NCBI GenBank assembly: GCA_039545335.1
Contig: BCIN01000003.1
Span: forward strand, 2,489,060-2,553,059
DNA length: 64,000 bases
Origin: Kondoa subrosea
Taxonomy: Eukaryota
Direction of reading: 5' to 3'
Both the position numbers and the translations under genes were made by a program. The notes under the pieces are model-generated. The model made no database searches, was not told where the DNA came from, and worked only from the letters and a program-made list of their open reading frames with translations. Within the stretch, counting starts at the first letter, position 1, and each line of letters starts with the position of its first letter. Shown piece after piece: positions 12,963-24,800 of this stretch.

Positions 12963-13513
12963 AGGATGAATCTGTACGGTATTTATTAACCCAAAAAATG
13001 TATCTTCCTATTGCACGTCGTCACTGAAACATCAGACGCTTCTGACAATGCACATTGATATAGACTTTCGCTTATGATAAGGGTGTCTTCCATTGCACAA
13101 CGCTTGAGATACACAGATAGTGTTGTAGACAATGTCAACAGCGCCATCGAAGTCCAGCTGAAATTGGTTTCGATCTCGAGAATGTGCAGGTGTGACTCGA
13201 CAACAGCCGGCTGGGTTTTGTACTTGATCAAGCTGCTTCCGAACCAGCTGTTGTACAACAAGAGATGCACCCAGAGAGACGCAACCAGAGAGAAAAGAGA
13301 GGAAAAGATAACCATCAAACAGGCAAAGTAGATAGATCTCAACACCGCTCGCGCGCATAGATTGTACAGAATGCGAAGAAGTAATACATTGCAGAAAAAT
13401 GAGTATGTACATAGCTGCTCGAAGCAAGGAACGAAGCGTTTCAATGCTTTCGCTAACACAGAGGCAAGAGACTTACCAAAAGAAACACCCCGACCTGTCG
13501 TTCATCTGGTTCT

Positions 13514-14087
13514 CTAAGACTTTGGTTCCGGTGCAGCAACACCTTTGCAAGCGACTACTTTCACTCTGAAAGCATGAATTATGAGTATCATCTGGCTTGC
13601 TGACAAAAGCAGGCTAACGAACTTTTCCAAAGGGCCAATTGTCTCCTGATCCATCTTGAAAGTAGCGTCTTTGAGAACAAAGGTCCAGACCTAGTACAGC
13701 CTGAGCTCTGTTGACCCGTGAATGGTACTGATAGTCCAATCACCTCATCACACAACCGATATATCTTGAGCGAGCCTTTCGTCGTGCATTTCGTCTTCAG
13801 ATTGTTAGAAAAGGTATTAGAAGCAGACTTGTCAAACTGTACAGCCCATCCGATCAAAGGATTCGCCTAAACGAATTGTTGACAGGTACGACGCACCTGA
13901 AGCAAGATCTTGATTGCCAATTGAGGTGTAATGAGACCAGACTGGATGAGTTCATCCAAAGCATCCATCAACGCGATACCGATGCTAGCAAGGACGACAT
14001 GTCCTTGAGCTTCAAAGCAGGACTCGACTTTGGTCCAGCGAACCTGCTTTTTCGATACAACTCGAAGTAAGCGCCTGAATTGCTCAT
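13514..14087 (-). CDS. TOA2: Transcription initiation factor IIA gamma (small) subunit
   Basis: Spliced: [38 protein letters not shown]...FDKSASNTF...GSLKIYRLCDEVWTFVLKDATF...VKVVAC. Confidence 0.93.
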
Positions 14088-14278
14088 CCCTCTGTCCCTA
14101 ATATCTGAGTATTGAGGTATATGAGTGTGTTGCACCTTTAGCGGACCTCCTGGAACACAAGTGAGAGTGGCAGTCTAGGACCAACCTGAGAGGAATTTAT
14201 ATTCTTAACTCGTACACTCACCGGCCTTGGGTCTTCTTCTACCGCACTTTCTCAAGAGTAGACTCTATAGACACAAAT

Positions 14279-14919
14279 ATGGCTCCTCCAGCAAAAGATA
14301 AGGGAAAAGGCAAACAGAAAGCATCTGAACCTCAAGCACCAGAAACGAAACCTGCTACTGCTGGTCAGCCCTGCTCCCTTAGTGTATCATCTCGAGTAAC
14401 CAATATTGATGATATGCGTACAGCTACTGAAGTGGTCAGATCGAAACCTACATTCACCGGCCCAGGAGGAGCACCTTCAGTCATTCGTGTGTCTCCCATT
14501 CTTGTTTGAAACCAATACTATGTTCTGATACTATGATGTTTGTAGACTTCTTTGTCGAGAACAGTCCTGTGCAGCGAGGTTACGATCAAGAGAAGTTTCA
14601 GAATCATTACGAGGCTTTAATCGAGTCAGGTGAAAAGGAGCAGACAGCTTTAGCGAAACAGAGAAAGGAAGAGAAGGAGGAAACGGAGAACAAGACGAAA
14701 GAATGGTCAAGCCAGATTGATTTCATCGTAAGTCCCCTCGTACTTGAGAGCAAATGTTGCAGTATCGAGGAATCTGATAACCTGGAGCAGATCAGAGAGC
14801 TACAAACCAGCAGAGCAGAAGCGCAGGAAGTACTGTTGAAATATGACGGCGATCTTCACAAGAGTTTAATAGAGCTAACGGGACCGGTGCATCTGAAAAG
14901 TGCTTCAAGAATACAATGA
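14279..14919 (+). CDS. Small protein with C-terminal HYPK/NAC-alpha-like UBA domain
   Basis: Spliced exons end in IDFIIRELQTSRAEAQEVLLKYDGDLHKSLIEL, a UBA-like helix pattern, preceded by a charged coiled segment. Confidence 0.6.
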
Positions 14920-14925
14920 ATGGCG

Positions 14926-16455
14926 TTAGATCAATGTTGTGATATCTTCGTCTGCTTCAGGCCTATTCCACCTTTCTGCCTGCTCAGCTTCTCTTCTTTG
15001 GCCTTCTAGCACAGACTTCCGACTCCTATTCTTACTGGCCCCATACTTCAGAACGTATTTGTCATCATCGATGGAGGATTCGTAATGCCGTAGCGGCTGG
15101 CCTCCTCTTGAAGATCTTGCTGAACTCGTGTTGACTGCTTCTCCTTGGTAAATCCATCTTCTACTTCCCATGACCATATTCGAACCACGTTTCATTTCTT
15201 GAATATCAGGACTCCAATTCTCAAAGACCAATTCCATTCTCGGTACTCTTGCAATTCCTTCTTTTTCCCTTCCTTCCGCTTCTTTAGGGTCCACTTCGAA
15301 CAAATAAGTTCTTTTATGCATATCATCACTTCCATCATCAGTTGATCTAGAATCAATTGTTGCATTTTTAATTCTCGCATAACCTTTTCCAGCTAATTCG
15401 TTTCTTGTACCATCAGAATCAGGTTCAGGATGAAATTGAGTTTCACCAATTCCTCTAGAAGAAGATCTTGAAACTGTTGCTGAGATACCTAAAGCTGAAA
15501 CTATCATTTGAGCTGAATTGTTTGCAAATTGACCTCTACTTCTGTTTCTTGAAATATAAGAAGCTTTTAAATCGATTGGATGTAAAATTCGTGCTGGAAT
15601 AGGTTCTGCTTGATAAAGGTTGTAAAATTCAGAATGAGGTGTATAGGAAAGTCCATCTGCTACATGAGGATCTAATGGAAGAGCTTTAAGTTCTTCTAAT
15701 TCATCTTCTGATTTTTGTCGGATTTTTTGTAGCGCTTCTAAACCGGTTGAAGAACGTAGGAAATCAATAACGAGATCTCCATTGGAAGAGGATGATCTCA
15801 AAGCGTGTTCGTAAAGATCGTCAGTGTAACCAGCATCGAGTTCAGCTTGAATTTGAGCTTGATTCGAAGGAGTCGACTTTTCTAGTTCTGCTTGCTTCTT
15901 GCTTTTCCAGATTCCACTTAAATAATCCCGATATTTTTGTTGTTGAGAACGAAGTGCTTCTAAGTATGTGTTGAATTCAACTTCTGACATGTTCATGTAA
16001 TCTGGTAAATCATTGTACTTGCTCGTCTTTGGTTTTCCCATCGATACTTCTTCCTCTTTCCCTTGATTCGAGTCTTCAACAGTAGAAGTAGAAGCAAGAG
16101 GATCTTGTATTGGATTATCGGCATCGAAAGGTGAACCATTCAAGAAATGAGTATCCAATCTACCTCGATCTGCTTGAATGGAAGTAGAAATTCCAGATAA
16201 AGTTTCATCCCATCTCTTTCCGAACAAAGCTTCTTTTCCAGCAGAAACGAAATCCGTTTGACCATGCTTGCTATCCATCTGTCGGACTCGAGCAAAAGGT
16301 GTTTTGGAAGGAGGAAGAGGTCGCTTGAGACCATAATCGTTTCTATGCAAGTATCCTGCTTGAGAAGTGATGACCGTTTCGGGCGTGAGATGGAGAGCCT
16401 TGGATTGCTTGAGCAGATTGTTAAACTGGACAGCAGATGTTGACGATGCTGCCAT
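14926..16455 (-). CDS. MRP51: Mitochondrial small ribosomal subunit protein Mrp51-like (intronless)
   Basis: ORF with FNNLLKQSK...HRNDYGLKRPLP, the N-terminal motif of the fungal Mrp51 family; first ATG at 16455. Confidence 0.7.
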   Translation of the reverse strand: MAASSTSAVQFNNLLKQSKALHLTPETVITSQAGYLHRNDYGLKRPLPPSKTPFARVRQMDSKHGQTDFVSAGKEALFGKRWDETLSGISTSIQADRGRLDTHFLNGSPFDADNPIQDPLASTSTVEDSNQGKEEEVSMGKPKTSKYNDLPDYMNMSEVEFNTYLEALRSQQQKYRDYLSGIWKSKKQAELEKSTPSNQAQIQAELDAGYTDDLYEHALRSSSSNGDLVIDFLRSSTGLEALQKIRQKSEDELEELKALPLDPHVADGLSYTPHSEFYNLYQAEPIPARILHPIDLKASYISRNRSRGQFANNSAQMIVSALGISATVSRSSSRGIGETQFHPEPDSDGTRNELAGKGYARIKNATIDSRSTDDGSDDMHKRTYLFEVDPKEAEGREKEGIARVPRMELVFENWSPDIQEMKRGSNMVMGSRRWIYQGEAVNTSSARSSRGGQPLRHYESSIDDDKYVLKYGASKNRSRKSVLEGQRREAEQAERWNRPEADEDITTLI

Positions 16456-16616
16456 TCTGAGTAAAGAAGAATACAGCAATGAGAATGGTTCTGACTTATT
16501 CGATAATCACACATACTTGGCTGTTTGTTCCCTTCAAAGCTCCTCCTTTGGCGGTACAAGGCCAAAAGTGAGATTCGCATAAATTGTCTTGTAACGACGA
16601 TACTATACCCTTTGCC

Positions 16617-18564
16617 ATGGAGCAGTCTACAGATTTCCGCAATCACATCTTGCAGCAGCTACAGGAGTACCGCTTTGAGCTAGAATCAGCCAAAGATGCG
16701 ATTTCTATAAGACTCGTTTCTGGAACAGCAGAAATCTTTGGCATGGAACTTGCTATGGATGTGGACTATCCCTTCGGCGAAGAAGCTCGAGGAGCTATCT
16801 TTACCTGGACAGGATGTGAACTACAGATAGGTTGCCCTTCCTTTTGCTCTTTTATAAGAGTTCAAGTCAAATACCTGTCTTCCAATGTGTGACTGCCGCT
16901 TGTTTGTGTTTCTCTTCTCTATCCGAATATGCATCGTATGAAAGATCCTTGGCTTATTTCCTGTTTTGTGTTTTTCTCTTCTTATTCTCCTTGAATCCTC
17001 CTATATGCCCATTTTGCGAATATCTACGTTTTCGGCCAAGTCTCGACAGAATACATTTCAGAAGAAACGCCAATTCCATCTTACTATAACCTTCATCTCG
17101 CTTTAGAGCGGTTGCGTGTTTTATCCTATACTGGTCAACATGCTTCACCAAGAGTGCTTTTGATCGGTGAAGAGGAAAGTGGGAAAACCTCCTTGTTGAA
17201 ATCATTAGCGAATTGGGCTATCAGAAGTGGAAGAGCAAGAACGGAAAGAGAGGTTCCACTTGGTGAAATGGCAGATGAAGGAGAAGGTAGATCAAGAGGT
17301 GTTCTTTTAGTCAACCTTGATACTTCAGAAGTACATTTCTCAATCTCTATATTCATACCTTATCATGCCGTTGCTTATGATATTCAACAGGGAGGTCTAA
17401 CTATGCCTGGAACAATCTCTCTTGCACCACTCTACTCAATCTTACCTTCCTCTACACCAGTCTTACCATTAGGCACATCCCACGCTACAGGTATTCCACC
17501 ATTACAAACCATTCCCAACAATTTACCACAACCAAACATAATCGCTCTCGCTCCAGCATTGACAGCTTTAAGTTTTTGGTACGGAAGTTTAGAATGGAGT
17601 CGACCGAAAGAATTGGGTGATTTGTTGTTAACAAGAGCTGGAGATGCTGCTAGACAGAAATTGGATTTGGCTGGAGAAAAAGATGCTTTAAGTAAAGGTG
17701 GGATGTTGATTGATACTCCTGGTAAATGGGCGGATAAGAGCAAGAAGGAAATCGTTCAGGTCGTGGTTCGTGAATTCGAGGGTGAGTTGGTATCGTATCT
17801 TAATTTCAGTCAGAGTAATGTTGAGCTATCACAGTGAATGTCATTGTGGTTGTTGGAAGCGAGAAACTACATGTGGAGATGACCAGATTGATGAGCACAA
17901 ATCGAAGTGTTCTAGTCGTTCGAGTGCCCAAGTCAGGAGGAGTCAGTGAGCTCTTCTTTCCTGTAGTAGCATGCTAACTTGTACTGTTTCAAGGTGTCCG
18001 ATTTAGATTTGGCTTATCAAAGGCGAAATCACAGTCGACAAATCCATTCCTATTTCTATGGCGGTCCAGCTTATTCGATGGGTAAACTAAGTCCACATGT
18101 GATCAATGTGGGTTTTGAGCACTTGAAGATTTATCGCGTCGGCGAAGGTAGGTCATACTGAGCAATCTGTTTCTTCTCGTCGCTCAAGGCCAGCATATTA
18201 CAGAATATCAAGTTCCAGATTCTGCTCTACCTATTGGAGCTGAGCGAACGACTACAACTACTCAATTAGTCGAGATCGATCCTACTTCTTCTCGTGCAAC
18301 TCTGGAACTTGTCAACCAAGTTTTGGCAATTATGCAAGCGCCTGACGATGCAGATGATGAAGAAACTGTAGCTAGCCCAATCCTGGGCTTCATTCACATG
18401 TAGGTGACATTCATAGCCTAGGATCGCAATGAACTGATTGTCTCATGGGTAGTTCTACTCTGGATGCCACCAAGCAAAAATTCACAATTCTTTCACCTCG
18501 AGCTGGTCGACTGCCACGGAAGAGGGCAATTTTGGGTTTGATGGACTGGCAAGATTCTGCTTGA
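16617..18564 (+). CDS. CLP1: mRNA cleavage and polyadenylation factor / polynucleotide kinase Clp1
   Basis: EYRFE...LVSGTAEIFGMELA...AIFTWTGC; P-loop PRVLLIGEEESGKTS; LIDTPG; VPKSGGV; IHSYFYG; PDSALPIG. Confidence 0.92.
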
Positions 18565-18729
18565 GCCAGATAGTTGGTTTGGTGGGAAAGCATAAACGTG
18601 CAATAGTGAAAATTACATCTAGCAAACAAAGAATGCTACTATACAAAAGGTGAAGAAGCATACGAAGGAAAAATAGAAACGACATTCAGTGCTTGTTATA
18701 AAATAGTCCATTACCCTCTTCTTTCCAGT

Positions 18730-20554
18730 CTAAACTCTGCTCACCCTTTTGACCGGTTGGTTCTCATCTCCAACATTGATGCTCAGATGTCTGCCTTTTA
18801 GAACCTGTTTTTTCAATTCATATCAAAACACGATCGGACATGATCAGGAAGCGACCTCTTACTTTCTGAGCGCCAGTGGTTGCCAAACTCTTATCGCTCC
18901 TTCCTAACAAATCCTTCAAGCTCTTCTGCGCCTTCTTTCCCGCCATACTTCCAACAGAAGCTTGCGTACCAGCATTAACTTGACCTAGAATTTTCTTCCT
19001 TGTAGCAGGAGTAGGTGAATCCGTTCCATTACTCGTGACCGCTGCCGAGGAAGAAGAAAGAGGAGGAAAGAGGGATCGGACATCTGATCTTGTTCCACGA
19101 GGTTCAGATCCAGGTTTCCTTTCTGGTGAAGGAAGTTTAACGACCTGAGTTTTCATTTCTTCCTTAGTCTTAGTAGTAGTAGAATTAGAGGATGGAGAAA
19201 TAACAGAAGTAGAAGAGGTTAAGAGGGGTTCTAGAGGCGTTGCACGAAGAAGAGCTGCTGAATTAGTTTTGCGTAGGTATTTCTGAGAAGTTGGTACAGC
19301 CAGACTTTGGGTTGGGATAAGTATTGTAGGTGAAGGAAGTTTATCAGCAAAGACTGGAACAGAAGCTACGTGTCGTAATCTTCTTCGTAGATCTTCGCTG
19401 CCTTTGAGAGTTCCTTTCATTGTACCAAAGGAAGTCACTGTGGGATTTGGTGAAGGAGCGATACTCTCCAGAGAAGGTTGCCAGCGAGGATCATTCTCTA
19501 AGCAAAGGGCAGGTGGAGCAGGTTGATGAGTGGGGGAAGCGAAAGAACGAGCTGATCTGATGGAAGAATTGCCACTTTTGGTTGACAGAACGGGGGAAAG
19601 AGGTCTTGAAGGGCTTCCTACTTCTGAGGAAGTTGATGCCACCCATGTTGAGATTCGAGCTTGCGTTGTGGCGGGCTCGACGGGCGAGTTTGGGTTCTCT
19701 ATTTCCGACAAGAGGGATTCTTCAGATGTCTGGGAAGAAATGGATGTAGGTGATGCTGGAATGGTAATAGTAGGTGATTCAAGAGGTGGGGTAATAGCTG
19801 CTGAGCTGGTCCACAAAGAGCCTAGCATACCAACTATACTGATTTTTGGCTTGAGAGCAGGCCGAGCTGGACTCGACATGGATTCGATTGATTGTTTGTC
19901 TGATTCGACATCATCCGCTGACGAAGATGTAGCCCAGGCTGTTTGTGCTGAAGCGCGAGCTTGTGTTGCTCTGGTCTTGAACGTTTCTGGTGTTATGATC
20001 CTTGTGTCGGTGAAGCCCCTTGAAGATAGCAACTATATACAACGTTAACACAAGAATCGACTCGAAAAAGGGTCTCCCACCTCTTGCATGGACATATAGC
20101 CTTCCGAAGAGCCAATACTCGTTTCGCTGGCTCCCATAATCGACAAGGAACTATATCCTGATCCTCTATTGAATTGTTCCATAGACTTGACCGCTCTCAA
20201 TGCCTTAGGAGGTTTCTTGACTTTCGCTCGTGGTGTAGGCGTAGGAACGAAGTAATCGCTATATGTATCAGATTCACAAGAGAACTTCCGTTGCGAAAGA
20301 ACTTTGGGAGGTCGAGTCGGAGTTCGAAAAGCATCGGAAGACTCGGCCTCTTGTTTGTTTGATTTGTTTGATGCGTCGCATAAAGCTTTCGGTATGGACT
20401 GGCCCATCTCGGAATGGGATTTGATCATTTCCATAGAATTCGCAGGCAATGCAGGCAGAGTCGCCCATGACAGTCCAATTCCTAGTCCGAGCAATTGAGT
20501 GAGAGACTTCTTCGTCCGTAGCTGCTGTGGCCTCGTAGGCTCTTGTCGGGACAT
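18730..20554 (-). CDS. Hypothetical Ser/Pro/Thr-rich low-complexity protein, 3 exons
   Basis: ORFs 20045-20554 and 18818-20032 joined by a GT-AG intron, plus a last exon ending VSRV* at 18730; no recognisable domain. Confidence 0.65.
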
Positions 20555-21044
20555 TGTTTTTTATGCATGAATAGATCAACAAATCGACGCAGACGTGTCC
20601 ATAGGCCGGCGGACAAGGAGCAGCGTTGAATGGCAGTCTTTTGCTGTGTAGTATCGCTTTGGTCCGAGTACAACAAGTGTGGATGAGAAAAGGCGCTCTT
20701 GCGAACCTTATTCGGTACCAACGACTTGCTTCTCTTTGCTCTCTCCGATATCTGGACTATGGAAGGAGCTATGCCAGACCTTCCTGAAGTCAAAAAGCGG
20801 CGAATCTGAGCAAGGCCATGCGATAGCCTTTGGATTCCAGTTGTCATGATCTCACTCTTCTGTGCTTCACATTTCCGTGTTTCGATCGGTCTTTCTCGTG
20901 TCAGTACACTTAACACATGGTACTCTTTCATATTATTGTGCTGCCTCTGATGCTCGAACGTCTGTAAGTCAAGAATTTGTGGGACAGAGCAAGATCTTAA
21001 GACGCCGCCATGTACACCGGTACAGTAAACTACATGTCCATGTA

Positions 21045-21657
21045 TCAATCTCGAGCGCCAGTCCACAACTCCGTCAAGTCTTTCCCACCCAGAGGATCTT
21101 TTGGCACCTTCAAGCCTTCCTTAACTTTTGTTTCGCCATATTGCATATCCCACTGCTCGCTGCCTTTTGGATAAGACCCTACCATTTGGAAGTCGTCACG
21201 ATCTTCCAATGCTCGATGTGCTACTCCTGCAGGAATACTGCAAATCGGAGATCAGAACCAGATATAAGAGTTTACACGACTTGAACTTACACAATCACAT
21301 CGCCTGCTGTGACTGTGTCTCTTATTCCATTCTCACTCTCCATCTCTGAATCTGCTACGCCAAACAAGAGGTCCGCCGAGCCGCGATATACACCAAGGCA
21401 TTCATGCGTTGTAGAATGATAATGGCTCGTAAAGTACATGCCGTATCTCCACTAGAGATAACTCATCAGATCGATTTCAAGTCGATCTACACTGTTGCTT
21501 CGGACCGACTTACCTGAGGCTGTCAATCATTCGACTCGAAAATACTTTCTATCTCACTCGCTCCTTTGCCTGACAATGTACCTCGGTAGATCAGAAGCGG
21601 ATGAGCAGAATTGGGGATCAGAGCTGTTGGTTTGAGGTAATGCGTAATTGGTTTCAT
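21045..21657 (-). CDS. YjlB-like cupin protein
   Basis: Three exons: LIPNSAHPLLIYRG...FESNDWQPQWRYGMYFTSHYHSTTHECLGV...AGDVIVIPAGVAHR...MVGSYPKGSEQWD. Confidence 0.85.
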
Positions 21658-21859
21658 TATGTAATGGTTGTCGGAAGCAAGAGCAGACATCATTCCGGGG
21701 AAGGGAGTTGATCGAATCGGGTCAGTCAAGATCACGTAGCACATTGGACTGCACACCAGCCTCCGATGCAATGAATGCATCACAATTATCGCGACTTCAT
21801 TCTGAGCCATCATTTGCTTTCCGAGCTGAATGTGCTAGATACCTTGTGCAGCAAAGGCG

Positions 21860-24800
21860 ATGTGGAATATACCATCGCTGCTACTCTTGTGCTGTCTGCA
21901 ATTGCAGGTCTTTGCAGTTCGACAGCATGAATTCAAGACTTGCGCACAATCTGGCTTTTGTCGTCGAAATCGGGCTTTGGCAGACCGAGCAAGCGAGCAT
22001 AAGGACACTTGGGAATCACCTTATTCCATTCAAGGCCTTCCTAGCTTCAACGCAGGCGTCTACACTGCTACTCTAGCCAATGCTCTCTTCCAAGATATAT
22101 CTTTCTCCCTAGAGCTACGTTTCCAACATGACAATACTGTTCGTATTCTTGTAGATGAAATCAATGGACTCAGACAGCGTTACAATGAAGCTGCTTCTTG
22201 GGCTTTGATCAAAGAACCACAACTAGAAGCAAGTACTCAAACTATCAAGGCCGACATCAGTTCTACAAAGACTCAGATCACGTACGGTCAAGGAGCTTTC
22301 AAGGTTGTCATTCAGCATTCGCCTATTCTAGTCACTTTCTATCGAGATGATCAACCTCACATCGTTCTAAACGAACGAGGTCTCTTCAATATGGAGCATT
22401 TCCGTACCAAAACCGTTCAAGCGGCAACAGAGACTTCTGATGAGATCTTGCAAGAAACTCAACCTCCAGCACAACAAGTTCTGGCAGATACTAAAGATGA
22501 CAAGTTTGCCAAGTTTCTCGAAAAGAGCGAAGATGGTTTATGGGAAGAATCTTTTGGTGGGAAACAAGACACAAAGCCTAAAGGACCGGAATCAATTGCT
22601 ATGGATATCACTTTCCCTGGTTATGAACATGTCTTTGGTATTCCTCAGCATGCTGGACCTCTTTCCCTCAAGACAACTCGGTACGATCAATCCAGAACGT
22701 ATTGAGCTGTCTAATTTGAATTCTTCAGCGGCGGAAATAATGCTTATACCGACCCATACCGACTATGGAATTCTGATGTATTCGAGTATGAGCACGATTC
22801 GCCAATGTCAATCTATGGCTCGATACCTTAGTATGCTTCCTTCGTACTGTGCGGAATTTGGATCGAGCTAATCTGATTCACAATGTAGCATGCAAGCACA
22901 CAGAGCAGGATCAACAGTCGCTGTCTTTTGGCTCAACGCTGCTGACACGTGGATCGACATAGAAAAGCAGGCTACCCATAAATCAATCACAGATGCTTGG
23001 CGCAAAACCAGAAGCAAATCACTTGCAGACGTAGGACCGGAATCTCAAACGACTACTACACATTGGGTTTCTGAATCTGGCATTCTTGATCTGTTCATTT
23101 TCATGGGACCTGATTCAGATTCCCTCTACAAGCAATTCTCTAGTCTTGTTGGATCTACTGCTATGCCTCAATACTTTGCTATCGGTCATCATCAATGTAG
23201 ATGGAATTACTTGACTGAAGAGGACGTGCTAGATGTTTCCGCTAAATTTGATGAGCACGATATACCTATGGATGTAATGTGGCTTGATATGTAAGTACTA
23301 ATGCATCCAAACGGGACCGCACTTACTCTTCGCAATTAGAGAGTATGCAGAAGAGCACAAGGTAAATCCAATTCAACTCAGATCCGACTCTTTCGATCCT
23401 AATTTTTATCCTCAGTACTTCATTTGGGACAAGACAAAGTTCCCACATCCTGAAAAGATGCAGCAAGGCTTAGTCGATCGAGGCCGACAATTAGTGGCTA
23501 TCATTGATCCGCATATCAAACGTACTACAGATCTACACGTGTACAAAGAAGCTCAAGACTTAGGCATTCTTTCCAAAACTCCAGAAGGAAACGAATACGA
23601 GGGTTGGTGCTGGACCGGATCAAGTTCTTGGGTAGATTGGTTTGACCCGAAGAGTTGGGATTGGTGGGTCGGCTTGTTCAAATTCGATAAGTTCACGGTG
23701 AGTGTAATCTGATCTATGGAGTAAGAGTAGCGACCAATTATTCGCTTGTAGGGGTCCACTCGGAATCTGTTTATCTGGAATGATATGAATGAGGTACAGT
23801 CGTTTGAGATCTGGTAGTCTTTGAAGCTGACCATCGGTTAGCCTTCTGTCTTCAATGCGCCTGAGATTACGATGCCAAGGGATAACATTCATTCTGGCGG
23901 TTGGGAACATCGAGACGTTCATAACCTATACGGCATGCTATATGTACGTCTTTAGCCAATACTTCATGATCAAATCCCTTACCGTTCTTGGCCATAGCAC
24001 AATCTGACCTCTCGAGCTTTGGTGCATCGTGAAGCCGAACCCCGTCGACCTTTTGTGCTATCTCGAGCTTTCTATGCTGGTTCGCAGCGATTCGGCGCGT
24101 AAGTCATTTCGATTATGCAACGTACTTTCGCTGACAGGGGCATAGCATCTGGACTGGAGACAATGGTGGATCATGGGATCATCTAGCTGTTTCGGTTCCT
24201 ATGATTCTCGCAAACGGAGTTGGTGGAATGGCTTGGAATGGAGGTGTGGATGTTCTGCATTCACATATAGAATACGCTGACGGCACAAATCTAGCTGATG
24301 TGGGAGGGTAAAGCGTCACTGCTCTTCATCATTGAGCTCCAGCTGACAACCTGGTTTAGCTTCTTTGGCAACCCCACCCCAGATCAGCTCGTTCGTTGGT
24401 ACCAAGCAGGAGCTTTTGCGCCTTTCTTTAGAGCTCATGCGCATATCGACACGAAGCGCCGTGAGCCATATCTATTTGACGAGCCATATCGCGGACATAT
24501 GCGAGATGCTTTGCGGATCCGTTACTCGCTGTTACCGATGTGGTATACTGCTTTCTGGGATGCTCACCAAAGTGGGAAACCAATTGCTGTGTATGTTTGA
24601 GTTTCAATTTTCGTGCAATGCTAATATTGTGAACAGACCTCATTACATCGCCTTTCCGAATGACACGGCTGGAATTGCTGTCGATGATCAATATTATGTT
24701 GGCAGCAATACAGCACTTCTCATCAAACCGGTGACTGTTGAAGGCGCAACAGAAACAAGCGTCTACTTTCCAGACGAACAACCATACTACGATTACTTTA

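Noticed and set aside
12986..13459. 157-aa hydrophobic ORF with faint PIG-H-like wording
   Set aside because: Non-ATG start, the conserved downstream PIG-H part is absent, and there is no room before the convergent MAPEG gene.
20482..21284. Overlapping 194-aa and 140-aa ORFs
   Set aside because: No motifs; they overlap the cupin 3' end and intergenic DNA and look like shadow ORFs.
21045..21657. Cupin as a recent bacterial horizontal transfer
   Set aside because: It has two normal spliceosomal introns and host-like composition, and YjlB-like cupins occur in other fungi.
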